A stretch of DNA of 64,000 nt from Podarcis erhardii. Its lineage: Eukaryota. The translations under genes and the position numbers were made by a program. Location: the NCBI GenBank assembly GCA_964252035.1, contig OZ176200.1; one strand, given 5' to 3'. The notes under the pieces were generated by a model. The model saw only the letters and a program-made list of their open reading frames with translations. It ran no database searches and had not been told where the DNA came from. Of this stretch, positions 50,323 through 62,575 are shown one piece after another. Each line of letters opens with the position of its first letter. The stretch's first letter is position 1.

Positions 50323-50645
50323 AAAGGTAATGGGACCCCTGACCGTTAGGTCCAGTCGTGGACGACTCTGGAGTTGCGGCGCTCATCTCGCTTTACTGGC
50401 TGAGGGAGCCAGTGTACAGCTTCTGGGTCATGTGGCCAGCATGACTAAGCCACTTCTGGCAAACCAGAGCAGCGCACGGAAACACTTCCCGCCAGAGCGG
50501 TACCTATTTATCTACTTGCACTTTCAGGTGCTTTCGAACTGCTAGGTTGGCAGGAGCAGGGACCGAGCAACGGGAGCTCACACCGTCGCGGGGATTCAAA
50601 CCGCCGACCTTCTGATCGGCAATCCCTAGGCTCAGTGGTTTAGAT
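50323..50645 (-). mobile_element. Sauria/Squam1-type SINE
   Basis: Same family as 40464-40800 and 44098-44478. Confidence 0.9.
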
Positions 50646-53398
50646 ACACTCAGGAAATTGTGGAGTAAAAGAAATTTCCTTTTTCCTAAAAAATGATGAC
50701 ACTCACTTAAAGCCATTCCCAAGCCACTTGCAAACTATTCAACTGATCCAAATACTACTCAAAAAGTAATACCTAACATACCTAACACTGTTTGACGAAC
50801 CCTATACCAAATTTGGTAACTGACACCTTGTATTTGAAAGCAAATACTCATTTTATGGCCAACTAAGACATAAATTGAGATCTTTGGTGCACTTACTTGA
50901 AAGCAACATAGTTCAGGACATTTTGGTGACCAAGGCACAGAATCCATATGGCACATAAAATTATGCTATTATAACAATCTAAACAATAGACCACTTGCGA
51001 CCCTTTCATAGTACTCCAAAGTCTCCCACTTGAGGAAGATCACCTTATGCTGTCTTAATAGGGAAAGACAGCCTTGTTAGAAAGCAAACTCCAGTGAAAT
51101 CAATGCTAATTGCATTAGTCAGAGAACTGCAATGTTTCCTCCTTAATTTTAAAGGTATTTAGCCCCTTACTAAGCTATCTACAGTATGACCTTTTCATAA
51201 AATCAGCTTCAAAGTTCTTTTTTGTAGTTTCTCCAAACTTCCTACACTTTGCATCAAAAGTGATAAAACACAAATGTCAAACTTTATTAGTTCTGTTATC
51301 ACCAGGCATTATTCTATTTCTTTTTCCCTTTCTGCTTCATTGTATGTATGCTAAGATCTGGAATATTTCCAGTCATTCTCACTATCATTTAGTCCTTAAA
51401 ACCCAGAACAGACATTTAAACTGAGGAAAGCAGGGGAGAGAATCCATGCACTCACAACACATTTTGCCTGCAGATGCAGAGGCAACAGAGTCTGAAGATG
51501 AATTCTTGTAGTTTTCAACCGATGGTATCCATGTGATAGACTCAGTATAATTAAATAAGGGGGAAAATATAGCATCTTGGGTATTCCTTTGTGAGTAAAA
51601 GATTGAGCTACACAGAGAGAGAAAAGTCCACAAGTGATTAGCAGCTGATTTTTATGAGAATTTTTCTACACCTCTAATTTGATCCCCCCCCCTCCCCATA
51701 TCTGTAATGAGTGCAGTGATGTTTGTTGCTTCAGTTTCATCCCAGCATCATTCCCCGTGTCATTACCATATGTATGCTCAGTGGTTTGCTGAACTTAAAA
51801 CACCAAAGAGCTTGTAAAAATGTGGCTCTTATGGCATCACAGATAGCAGGGTTTTTTTGGTATTAGATTTCTGTGAACCTTAACGCTGCCATTTCCATAT
51901 CTCAAGGCTGTTTCATGCAAATGTTGGATCTAGGTAGTGCCACAAACAAGCCAGCGTAATATATCAGTAACTTTGTTTTGGAGGAAAAGAAAAGAAAAGA
52001 AAGACTTTTGAACATGCAGGAAATATTAGTACATCAAACACAGTGAAAGACAAGGTAGTTTAACTTGTTGGTTTGTTTGCTAAAACTCGAAAGTAAATAT
52101 ACTGTAGCTAAAAGTATTCCATTTTTATCTGCCTGCTGCAGTAATGGCTGTGTTTCTTCAGGGCTTACACTTCAATAATTGATCAGGGTTTGTATAGCAC
52201 TGGCTAAGAGCAAAAATAAGAGTGTTGCTTTGAACAAACTGCTGCAATGTTGTAGCATTAGGCACAGAAACAAGATTCTGGAAATATAGATATATATAAA
52301 AACAGGAAAAAAGATGGATAAGTTGGAGTGGTAAATACTGCTCCAGGCTAGAAAGTAATGAGAATTTTTCCATAGAGAGTTTTGACCTGCTATTCAAAAT
52401 TGTTTCTTGTCTTAATAAATCCTAAAAGTGTAATTTACTTGCAAAAGGGAAAGAACAAAGGCACCGAAATTCTTTTGATAACAACACTTGTTAAGGTTGA
52501 TAACTTGGGTTTCAAATGTGTGAAGAAAAATGTGTGACAGTTTGTTTTAAGGTGACAACCTAAGTGTTCAGATACTTTCATCTTATGCTGTTTTAGAAAG
52601 CTCTGCACCAGCAAATGCTATATACCACATACACTAGAAAGCAATACAATAGATAGCAGGAATCTCTGATCAATTTTTTACCAACCCCTTTAGTTCTATT
52701 TGCAAAATTGAGTCATGTTAATTTATCCCCTGAAAGATTGCAAAGAAGATGCAGGTTTTTCTCTCTTGATGTTCCACAAAAGGAACAAATGGAGTGACTT
52801 TATAACCAATCAAAAATGGCAGTATTTCTTTCTCCCCCCCCCCCACTCAGAAAAGCAACTTCATGAATACTTCTGCTGCGGGTGAAAGGTATAGAGGACA
52901 TTTTTGTGATTTCTCCATTTTGTATCCATGAAGCATATTTTTTGAGCAATTGTTATTTTTATGGAGATGTCACCATTTCATCAAATGAAGAAGGGAAATA
53001 AATCTTCTTTAACTTTAAAATTAGTATCAGACCAGAAAAACATGAGAAATACTCAATAGAAGCTTGAAATGCCATCATTATCATTCCCTGTTGTACTTAG
53101 TGTAGGTGTTGCAAGATCCTCAAAACAGTGGGAGATTTTGCATAACATATGTGCTGTCATACCTAGTCAAAAAGAGAAATGAATATAGAGATTTTCATAT
53201 TTAAATCTAATTACTTAGAAAGTATATGATGAGTTTCTTCAAAAAGAAAAAAGAAGAAGGAAAAAAAGCTTGTTCTTTGGTGTTAGCAAGATATGGCCAG
53301 GAAGGAATTTATTTCCCTCAAGATGTTAGAATTTACTAATCCCCCATGAAATATCCAGGGGAAACGCAAATAAGAACACATAACGAACACAAAAAAGC

Positions 53399-53536
53399 CA
53401 GGGATTGGGGAAACGTGGCCCTCCAGATGTTGTTGAATTACAGTTTCTATCATCCCTAACCATTGGCAGTGCTGGCTGGTACTGATGGGAATTGGAGTAC
53501 AACAACATCTGGAGGGCCACATGTTCCCTATCCCTG
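53399..53536. mobile_element. Palindromic hAT-like MITE
   Basis: Long inverted arms GTGGCCCTCCAGATGTTGTT / AACAACATCTGGAGGGCCAC, with CAGGGA...TCCCTG termini. Partial relatives at ~36187-36250 and ~55220-55280. Confidence 0.75.
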
Positions 53537-54084
53537 AGCTTACAAAGGAGATAATAAAACAAATAATGACCTCCCACCCCACCCCCTAGTAATTGGTTTT
53601 AGCAGCGCTATACTGCAGAAGTGGCTCAGTGGGTAACATAGAGCCGTTTCACTAGCTTCCTGGTTGGGGTGGGTCACTGTTGCTTATCGAGAGGGGTGAG
53701 GCAAATGGGGAGATCAACAGCGCATCAGCAGGAGCATGGAAATGGCTACACCAGTGCGTTTGCACCACCTCACCTCGCCCCTCTCCCTCCTGGGAAACAA
53801 CAGTGACCCACCGGCTGAGAAGCTAGTGTAGCAGCTCTGCCCTGCTCAGCAAGCTCCTTCTGGCATGCCACCTCTGTACCTGTGTTCTGCTTGACTATCA
53901 TATTTAATAGTCACTGACAGTATTACAGCAGAGCTCTAGCAGTCAAGCCTTGAGTGGGGGCATTAAATATCAGTGAGAAATCCCAACTAACTCCAGTTTT
54001 GGAGAGGGAGTAAAAATCAGTATTTAGTGCAACGTTGACAAAGGACACCATGCAGACCAAGCCAGCATAAAACATCAGTTTATC

Positions 54085-54229
54085 TAGGGTTGCCATACGT
54101 CTGGATTTTCCCGGACATATACAGAATACCGCAGTTGACAGCAGGATCTGGATGGAAATCGGGAAAATGTCAGCAGTGCTCAACAACTTTTCTGTCCAGA
54201 TTTTCACTGTTTGAAATATGGCAACCCTG
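54085..54229. mobile_element. hAT-like MITE (MER53-type GGGTTGCCA termini)
   Basis: TIR AGGGTTGCCATA / TATGGCAACCCT. No clean TSD. Confidence 0.75.
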
Positions 54230-54599
54230 TTATAAACAAGCAGTGAAGGATTAGCATTCTGTTCAAGCTCAGTGTAGGTTCAGATTAGGTTACTAGTGTA
54301 GGTCTAGATCTCAACCCAGCTGAAAAGTTCAGCTGTTGTTTGGCCGGTTTTAAAAATTGAGATAAGTTGACAGTGAATCACACCCCCTGCATTCCTAGAT
54401 GGGCACCAAGTGCCTGCTTTTTCAGCTTAATTCTCACCCGTTGTCTGCTCCCCTAATTTAAATCCCATTGCCAGGAGGTACAAGTTTTGAAGCTGATTTT
54501 GCATCTATTTCATCTATAATTCTGAGAAACTCTTCCAACATTCTATAAAGTGGCCATTTTTAACAGCGGGCATTTCTGTTTATAACTTCAGGTGGTAAT

Positions 54600-54697
54600 C
54601 AACTAAATTTTACTCAGAGTAGATGCGTTGAAATGAATGAAAATGGCAAATTGGGGTCAATAATTTCAATGGGTCTACTCTGAGTAAAGTTTAGTTG
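54600..54697. repeat. Palindromic MITE-like element
   Basis: Arms CAACTAAATTTTACTCAGAGTAGA / TCTACTCTGAGTAAAGTTTAGTTG. Confidence 0.6.
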
Positions 54698-55776
54698 AAC
54701 ACAACTCTTAATTATTATATATACATATATGCAAGATACACTCTGCATTTCTTCAAGATCAGACATAGGCTTGACAGGTGATATATTTGGCTCTGCCTAT
54801 CCACTTTCTAGCCTTTAGAAGGCTACAGATGTTTAAGTGTCATATTGACTGATGGCTACCTTAGGGTGACGGGCAATGTGGCAAAGATGTGCACACACTT
54901 TCCAGAGTGTTAGCCTAGACAAACATCTCAGCCTACTTGCAGCTTCTGTGATACGTCAGCATAAGTTGGTTTTAAAAAGAGTGGGAAAATATTATATCAC
55001 ATAAGTAGGTCAACCGTCAAATACATGATTTTTATGTTTGCTCATTTGGGACTTCTCAAATATGATTTTCGCTTAGCTCTTGGTAGTTAAGAAATTTTCT
55101 GCTGAGCTGTTTACATTTAAGAAAAAGAGTGAGCGTAAAGTCCTAATGACATTATTAGTTTCAAACCAAAGAGCAAAATGCTTCAAACCAGGTGGCTTTG
55201 ATTTAAATTCCTTTACACTAAGGGTAGCCAATGTGATACCCTCAAGATATTGTAGAACTTCAACTCCCATCATTCATGAAATTTTGTAATGTTGTTTGGG
55301 CCTAATGAGAGTTGTCTAAACACCTTTGAGTACAAGCCACCAATCATGTGGAGAAAAGCAAATGTGAACTAAGCTCCGAAGCAGACTGCAAATGGAATCT
55401 CCTTCTGGCACAGATAGGTGTAGCTCAAATGGGCCAGAGATAGGAATGTGGTCTCAGATGGACTAGACGTCAGTCATATACCAAGGTGAGGTGTGAGAGT
55501 TTTTGTTGCTACTGGGTACAGCAATCTGCTCCCATGGAGGAGCTAAGCATGGAACATGTTTTGCTTGCAGGGGATCCCAGGTCCAATCCTTGGCATCTCC
55601 AAATAGAGTTGGGAAAGACTCTTGCATGAAACCCTGAAGAGTTACTTCCAGTCAATGTTTATATTATTGAACTAGATGGATCAGTTGACCTGGCAACTTC
55701 CTGTGTTCCTATATAGTATAAGCCAGGTCCCTGTTTTGTTCCTTAGCTCACCTATCCTTAAGCTGAGATGATGGAC

Positions 55777-55985
55777 CATAAGACACAAGGAAAGCCCCAC
55801 TGGAAGAGGACAAAGGCCCATCTACTCCAGCATCCTTTCACCAACCAGATGCCTATAGGAAGCCTGCAAGCAGGACCTGAGTGCAATCGTCCTCTCCCCT
55901 CTTGTGATTCCCCTAAGGATTAGACAAGTTAATGAAGGATAAGAGTATCAATGATCACCAGCCATAATAGCTATGTTCTACATTG
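55777..55985 (-). mobile_element. Old CR1 3' fragment
   Basis: GGCCCATCTACTCCAGCATCC...CCAACCAGATGCCTATAGGAAGCC, same family as 17813-18170. Confidence 0.6.
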
Positions 55986-55999
55986 CTGTTGTTGTTCTT

Positions 56000-56510
56000 G
56001 TTGACATTTTATTCTGCCTTTCATTCAAAGATCATAGGGTGGTTTACAATCTAAAAACACAAAAATACATACCATAATAACACACACACACACACATAAA
56101 CACAAACAGTTTAAAAGGCCATAGATAGTTTAATTAGCCAAAGGTCCGGGAGAAGAGGAATGTTTTCGTTTGGCCCCTAAATATATGTAATGAAGGTGCC
56201 AGGTGAGTCTCTCTGGGGAGAGCATTCCACAAGAAGCTACCACAGAAAAAGCCTGTTCTCATGTTGCCACCCTCCAGACTTCTCACAGAGGAGGCACACT
56301 AAGAAGGGCCACAGATGATTATTGCAGGGTCACAGCTGATTAATATCTGGAGAGGCAGTCTGTAAGGTATTGCAGTCCTGAGCTATCTAAGGCTATATAG
56401 GTCAAAACCAGTACTTTGCATTGGGTCTGGAAATTAAATTGCAGCCAATGCAGTTAGGGCAGGATTGGTGTTATATGTTCATATCGTCTTGCCCTGATGA
56501 GCAACCTGGT
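56000..56510 (-). mobile_element. L2-clade LINE 3' fragment
   Basis: Reverse complement resembles 9200-9610 (GCCTTCTCTGTAGTGGCT...TGTGGAATGCTCTCCCCAGAGAG...ACATTCCTCTT...GGCCTTTTAAA). Confidence 0.6.
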
Positions 56511-56801
56511 GACCTTCAGATACAGAAGGTCTCTGAATACCAGCTGCTGAGAATCACTAATGGGGAGAATGCTGTTGTACTCAGGACTTGCTTGTGACCT
56601 TCCTGTGGGAAGGGATACTAGGTTAAATGGGTCTTCTTAATGTTCTACCTTCTTTCTCTAGATTTGCTGTGCCTCCTTGTATCATCTATGCTCATACATC
56701 ATTGGCCTCTGAAACTTCGTATTATATGAACTCATATTTTTCTGGCTTCGGAAAAGATATCTGTAATACTAAATTTGGATTACTTAAAAGAGAGGAAGAA
56801 T

Positions 56802-58776
56802 ATATTTTTTTTTAATGATATTTATTAGAGTTTCAAATAATACACAAAAGCAAAAAACAACAAAACAATTTTCCAGAAAGGATAAAATAAAGAAAAAAGA
56901 AAGAAAGAAAAAGCAGAATTAAAAGACATTCAACATTTACAGTCCTTATTTTCAATAACTTTTTTCCGCAACTTCCCCTCGCCTCCCCTTCTTGTATTCC
57001 ATGTCCAAATATTTGTTCAACAAGTTCTTATCCCTAATTTTTAACCTTAATTTATTATTATATTTAATTCAATTTATATATCAAATTTTAACTTATATAC
57101 ATCAATCGTTATACTTAAAGACTTTTTCTAAGATCGACCCAATTTCCCTTCCACGAATTCCCCATTTTTATACTAATCACATAGCAAAAAAACGAAAAAA
57201 TAGAAAGAATCAGAATATATTTGTACACCCTTTGGATTCCCAAACCCCACCCTCCCTTTCCCGGTTTCGATCCCCGCACCACTGTCCATTAGTCCATCTG
57301 CTATCAGCCTGGAGACCTCACGTCTGAGGCTCTTAAATCTCTCTCAGTTCCTCTCTGCCAGTTTTTTTGATAGTCCTTTGTATTAAACACCAAATCTCGG
57401 AGGGGCTCTGTCCCGATAATGTCCATGTTCCTTCCAGCCAGACCTCCATATTTAAAGGTGGAGCTCAAATCTTGTTTCTTAATCCTTTTAAGTCCAAATG
57501 TCCCAAAAGCTCCAACTTCCACCTTAATCAGATTTATAGTCCATAGATCTTCAGATCTCCACAGAAGGAGATCTTTCCATTCCTCATTCTTCAATTCAAA
57601 CCAAATTTTCATCATCCAGTCCTTATTTTCTTTTATATCCATCTTGACAGGCCTCCGGCTCTCCTTTGCCTTCTGCAGCATTACAGCCCCTCCTTCCTGC
57701 TCCTCCTGTTCAGCATATATCTCTTTCTCCACTTCCTCAAATTTCTCAAATTTCTTTTCTTGTTCAGCTGCCTGGACTTTGTACATCAAGTCCTTATCCA
57801 ACTCAGTAGATTTATTTACTGTTGACTTCGAAGTTGTGACACTTGTAGACAAAACATGACTTTGCTCTTGCAACTTTCCCAAGAGAAAAAAAACCTCGTC
57901 CAGATCAGCTAGTATTTTTCGACTTATATCCATTCTTGTAATGTCCCTAAACCCCCTCTAGAGGGATTCTGGTTATTCAGTATTCCTTCCACTTCCAACC
58001 CAAAAAGCAAGTTAACTTGTTTCAATTCTTCTTTATTTTCAACAATTTATAACTATATTGTAACTAATGTAACCAGCAAGAACATCAGAAACAAAGTTCT
58101 CTATTTTTCCCAACTTTGACAGCTAATTTGACAGCTGTCAAAATCTTCTATGTCTCCTCCACAGGCTCCTCTCGCGGATCACTCCCGGGTCCCGGGGGGG
58201 GTGGCACTTTAGCTCTCAAAGTTAGCTCTTATCCTCCAGCACAATTACTTATACTCTCAATTCGTGCAATTAATAGCTTTATCCAATAAAAAGGAGATGT
58301 TCTCTCGACCTTAGTTATTTAGTCCTTGCTTCAAATTGTTTACAAGGCGGGGAGACGGACTTCCTCTTTGCGCCTTCCCCGATCGTGCCAAATTCAGACA
58401 GAAAAGAAAATCTTTCTTTTATAAATCCAATTTCCATATTGCTCACGGGCTTTTACTTTGGGTCCAAATATTCAAAGGAAGAAGTCAGCGCTCTCCAACC
58501 ATGGCATGCGGCTTCCCTCAGTAGGAGTAGCAGTCGACTCTCAGCACCGCGCCTCTCCCTGTCCCCCGTTCCGAAGCCGATAAAAAGGCTCCTTCTCGGG
58601 TCGGGGAGGATGCAGATGGTGCCCGCCGAGTCACCAGGTCCACAGGCTTCAGCGCCTGTGGTTTCTGAGGGTCCCCGCGTCGCCGCCGCGGCAGGACCCG
58701 TCTCCTACTGAGCCGATTCCCTCCGGAGCTCGGAGGGAATCCGCCATTAGGCGATGGCGCTAACCCGGAAGTCCTC
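56802..58776 (-). mobile_element. Complete ~2-kb non-autonomous poly(A) retroelement (HAL1-like, L1-dependent)
   Basis: 17-bp TSD TAAAAGAGAGGAAGAAT at 56785-56801 and 58777-58793. CpG-rich 5' end starting GAGGACTTCCGGGTTAGCGCCATCGCCTAATGGCGG; one 209-aa ORF; T-rich 3' end with AATAAA and an A tail. Confidence 0.88.
57304..57933 (-). CDS. Intact 209-aa ORF of the retroelement; acidic coiled-coil-like N-half, Trp-rich C-half; function unknown
   Basis: ATG-to-stop ORF (MDISRKILADLDEVFFLLGKLQEQ...AEQEKKFEKFEEVEKEIYAEQEEQE...KDWMMKIWFELKNEEWKDLLLW...). No RT or endonuclease motif seen. Confidence 0.55.
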   Translation of the reverse strand: MDISRKILADLDEVFFLLGKLQEQSHVLSTSVTTSKSTVNKSTELDKDLMYKVQAAEQEKKFEKFEEVEKEIYAEQEEQEGGAVMLQKAKESRRPVKMDIKENKDWMMKIWFELKNEEWKDLLLWRSEDLWTINLIKVEVGAFGTFGLKRIKKQDLSSTFKYGGLAGRNMDIIGTEPLRDLVFNTKDYQKNWQRGTERDLRASDVRSPG

Positions 58777-61700
58777 TAAAAGAGAGGAAGAATTAATAAG
58801 ATTCCAAATAATGAGTGACATCCAATGATGTTCACCTGATTGCACAATGTATTTTCCACCCCACCTTCCCCACTCTAGCTCCCCTCCCCATATTTCCCAC
58901 ACTCTGAAACAGATTTGGCAGATGTGCCACGGGGTGTTCAATGCGGAGGAGAGGAAGTCCTGTAACATGAATGGAAGTCTGCTTGCACAACACTGGATGT
59001 GACCCAATGACTGGTGCTGAACCATACCAAACACCCATGCAATGTAATAGCTATCTGCTTTGTCCTGAAAGCTTTGTAGAAATTCATGGCTTGTAAAATT
59101 CAACAGGATTGAGCTCAGGGTAACAGTGCTCAAATAATGAATCAGCATGAAAGCATCCTTACTATGGATCTTGGTGTGCTTTGTGCATCACAAAATTAAA
59201 ATGTAAGCAATAAAAGAAAGCATGCAGTTTTGGAACATATTCACGGTGAATTCATATATGTTAACGTAACTTATCTCAATGGAAGAAATAAAATGTCTTC
59301 CCTGATTTTGCAGATTTGGTCAGTGACACTCTCATGGACTATAGATAAACTTCATAAAAATATTGATCATGCAAAGGAAATAACCAAGTGAAACAAGAAA
59401 ATGAAGTGTGCTAAATTATAAATTGTTATGGGATCAGTCTATATGATGACATACTTTGCTTCACCAGAACATAAATAGACTCAAATGAAGCAAAGTTAAT
59501 TACGGACAAATTCCAAAAGTGTAGCTGTGCTGGCTTCATGGAATAAAAACTAATTAAGGCAAAATCTCTTGAAGAAGCAAGATAAAAATCCTCATGTTCA
59601 TCACCCCCCCCCACAAAAATAGTATAGTTTGTGGCCCAAATTTGTTCTTTGGTTGTGCTGTAAAATATTCTAAAGCACGATGAAACAAAAAAGAGTGATT
59701 AAAATTCCTCTTCCTTCTAGGATCTAAGTTATCCTTAATATACAACGTATTAACTGGTTTCCAAACAGCATGTACAAAGTTGAATGGCATATTGGAGTTT
59801 GTTCCCCTGTCCCCATACCTCTCAAATAGCTTGAAATAAAATGCTAATATGTTCTATTAAAGAGTTGAAATAAAAGAGTTTGTCCTGGCCTAAACAATAG
59901 TCATTCATAGGTTCAATAGCCAAATATTGAACTTTTCAGATAGAAAGTATGTCTTACGCTGGAGTCAGAATACTGACATTTACAAAAGAAAAAAAACTAA
60001 CAAAACAAAACAAAACCTTCTCAAGTGTTGTTTTGAAGTGAAGCCACTTCAGTGGCATTTAACAGAAAACCTGCTCAGATGGCAGAGAAGTTGCTCCAGC
60101 GGAATCTGGAGAAATGCCAACTGTACGGTATTAAACCACATTCCTATTGAGAATTTGTATTGACAATATACGGTTTTATTAATGTCTCCTCTGTGCAAGA
60201 AACAAGAAAAGATACTTATTGTAAATGTTACAAAAAATTACTGGAGCCCAGCTTACTTCAGCTTACTCCTGAATATTGTAATATAAAGCTTTGAGCTCTT
60301 CTTCATCACTTGATATAATTAATCAGGGTTCATCTCTAGTGTTGTTGTTTTTAGTGAATAACATTTCCTCCAGCACCCTCCAAAGGAGTGTGAACCTTGA
60401 TTGTGTGAAGGTGCTTTGCAACATACCTTCTGAACATTTGCTTTTGTCTTCATTCCCAGTTCCACAATTCTGCTGGACTTTTGTTCTCAATGCACCCACC
60501 GCCTTTCTTTCAAAGCAGTCCCATGGAACAGAGCACCACAGATAAAGCAGACTTGATCATTCTAAAAAACGGACAGGTAGCAGCCCTATCTTGGTCATAG
60601 GAGATAGATTTTACAAACTGAACTTTCATCTTAGGTTGAACGAGGAGTTGACCTGCAACTTGTAACCAGTCCTAAGCATGGCACCTTTGTGCACTGGGTT
60701 AAAGCAATGGAAAGTAATAGTTTTAGAATCACAAAGGATTTAATCAATTTCTTTTTTTAAAAAAATGTGACAACACTGAAGTATGCAAAATGACAGAAGA
60801 TGATTCAGAAACCTTTTTATTTATGAAATCCTGCTGTTAAAATGTCATACTTTTCGGACAGAACAATCTTCTGCAATGCAAGTGTTTTATATTTGGTTCT
60901 GTCTGCCACTCCCTCAGGTACCTTATCCTGCTGCCCAAGAGCACGGCAGGAGGAGCAGGTGGTGAATGTTGCAAATGGCAAGTAATGTATTTAAATGGAT
61001 GCTCTTAGAACAACACACTGTAAACTATCAATTAAAAAGCTAAATTGAACAAATGATACTACTCTCCTGCAATCTCAATGGCCATCATAGCTAAATTAAC
61101 TGGGGCAGCGAAGAATGGCTTCGTTGCAATAGAAGAGCCAGTTATTTTGCATGCAGTGCTCAGAGTAAGGGCAGATCATGTGATTAGTATGGCTATTTTG
61201 GAAAAACACAATGCCAGTTTAAAAGAGATAAGACTATGGAAATAACAAAAGGGTCTGGTCACTAGTAGGCTGTTCTTTGACCGTGTAATCCTTAGAAGGA
61301 TTGCCTACCACGTTCAACAGGACCTGCACATAGGTACAGGTGCATAGGCCTGCAGTCTTACAGTGCAAGCCCATGTATATTTACTTATTAAAAAGAAGAA
61401 GATCTTAGGACAAAACCAAATCCCACAAGGATTTACCTTTGCGCAATGGAGCTTCCCTTCTCTCCTCCCTTGTGTTTGCCCTGCACCCTCCCTAGTTCTG
61501 CTGCAGAAGGTAGAACACATTTAGTGAGGTTACAGGGAGAAGAGCAGAGATAAATGTTCCCTTGCACAAGCAGAAACTGTGCTGATAGAAGGTTCACATA
61601 GTGCTACTTTGGATATGACCCATTGCATTGAATGGGATGTACTTATTTCCATGTAAGCAATCCTAGGCTTTCAGCCTAAATGCAGTTGCAGTCTGTGGGG

Positions 61701-61976
61701 TAGGACACTGACATTTGCACTGGTCCCTGGATGGGGTTGGCATGGAGGGGGGGGAGTGCACAGGCTTCTGCACCCGCTACTGTCACTGTTCCAGTGCTTC
61801 TCCTACCCACATTACTGCTCTGCCCTGCCTTGCTGCACCCTATCCCTTTTCCAGCAAGTGGCAGCACAACTGCAGCCAGGAGGGCAGTGGCAGCAGCCCA
61901 CCTCACATGCCACGACTGTCTAGATGTGCATGATGGGTTATTATAATTGATGATTCTAACTGTAATCCTGTACTGT

Positions 61977-62575
61977 TCTGGGCTGCATCAATAGGAGTAT
62001 TGCATCTAGATCAAGGGAAGTAATAGTGCCACTGTATTCTGCTCTGGTCAGACCTCACCTGGAGTACTGTGTCCAGTTCTGGGCACCACAGTTCAAGAAG
62101 GACACTGACAAACTGGAACGTGTCCAGAGAAGGGCAACCAAAATGGTCAAAGGCCTGGAAACGATGCCTTATGAGGAACGGCTAAGGGAGCTGGGCATGT
62201 TTAGCCTGGAGAAGAGGAGGTTAAGGGGTGATATGATAGCCATGTTCAAATATATAAAAGGATGTCACATAGAGGAGGGAGAAAGGTTGTTTTCTGCTGC
62301 TCCAGAGAAGTGGACACGGAGCAATGGTTCCAAACTACAAGAAAAAAGATTCCACCTAAACATTAGGAAGAACTTCCTGACAGTAAGAGCTGTTCGACAG
62401 TGGAATTTGCTGCCAAGGAGTGTGGTGGAGTCTCCTTCTTTGGAGGTCTTTAAGCAGAGGCTTGAAAACCATATGTCAGGAGTGCTCTGATGGTGTTTCC
62501 TGCTTGGCAGGGGGTTGGACTCGATGGCCCTTGTGGTCTCTTCCAACTCTATGATTCTATGATTCTATGATTCTA
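61977..62575 (+). mobile_element. Young 5'-truncated CR1 LINE
   Basis: Open ORF2 C-terminal frame ([20 protein letters not shown]...NHMSGVL*) and (ATTCTATG)n tail. Four amino-acid differences from the 25915-26769 copy over the shared ~154 aa. Confidence 0.95.

Noticed and set aside
52851-52888. 38-nt plus-strand pseudo-exon (KSNFMNTSAAGE) with good splice sites
   Set aside because: Frame-shifting length, no partner exon identified, and an unrecognised peptide.
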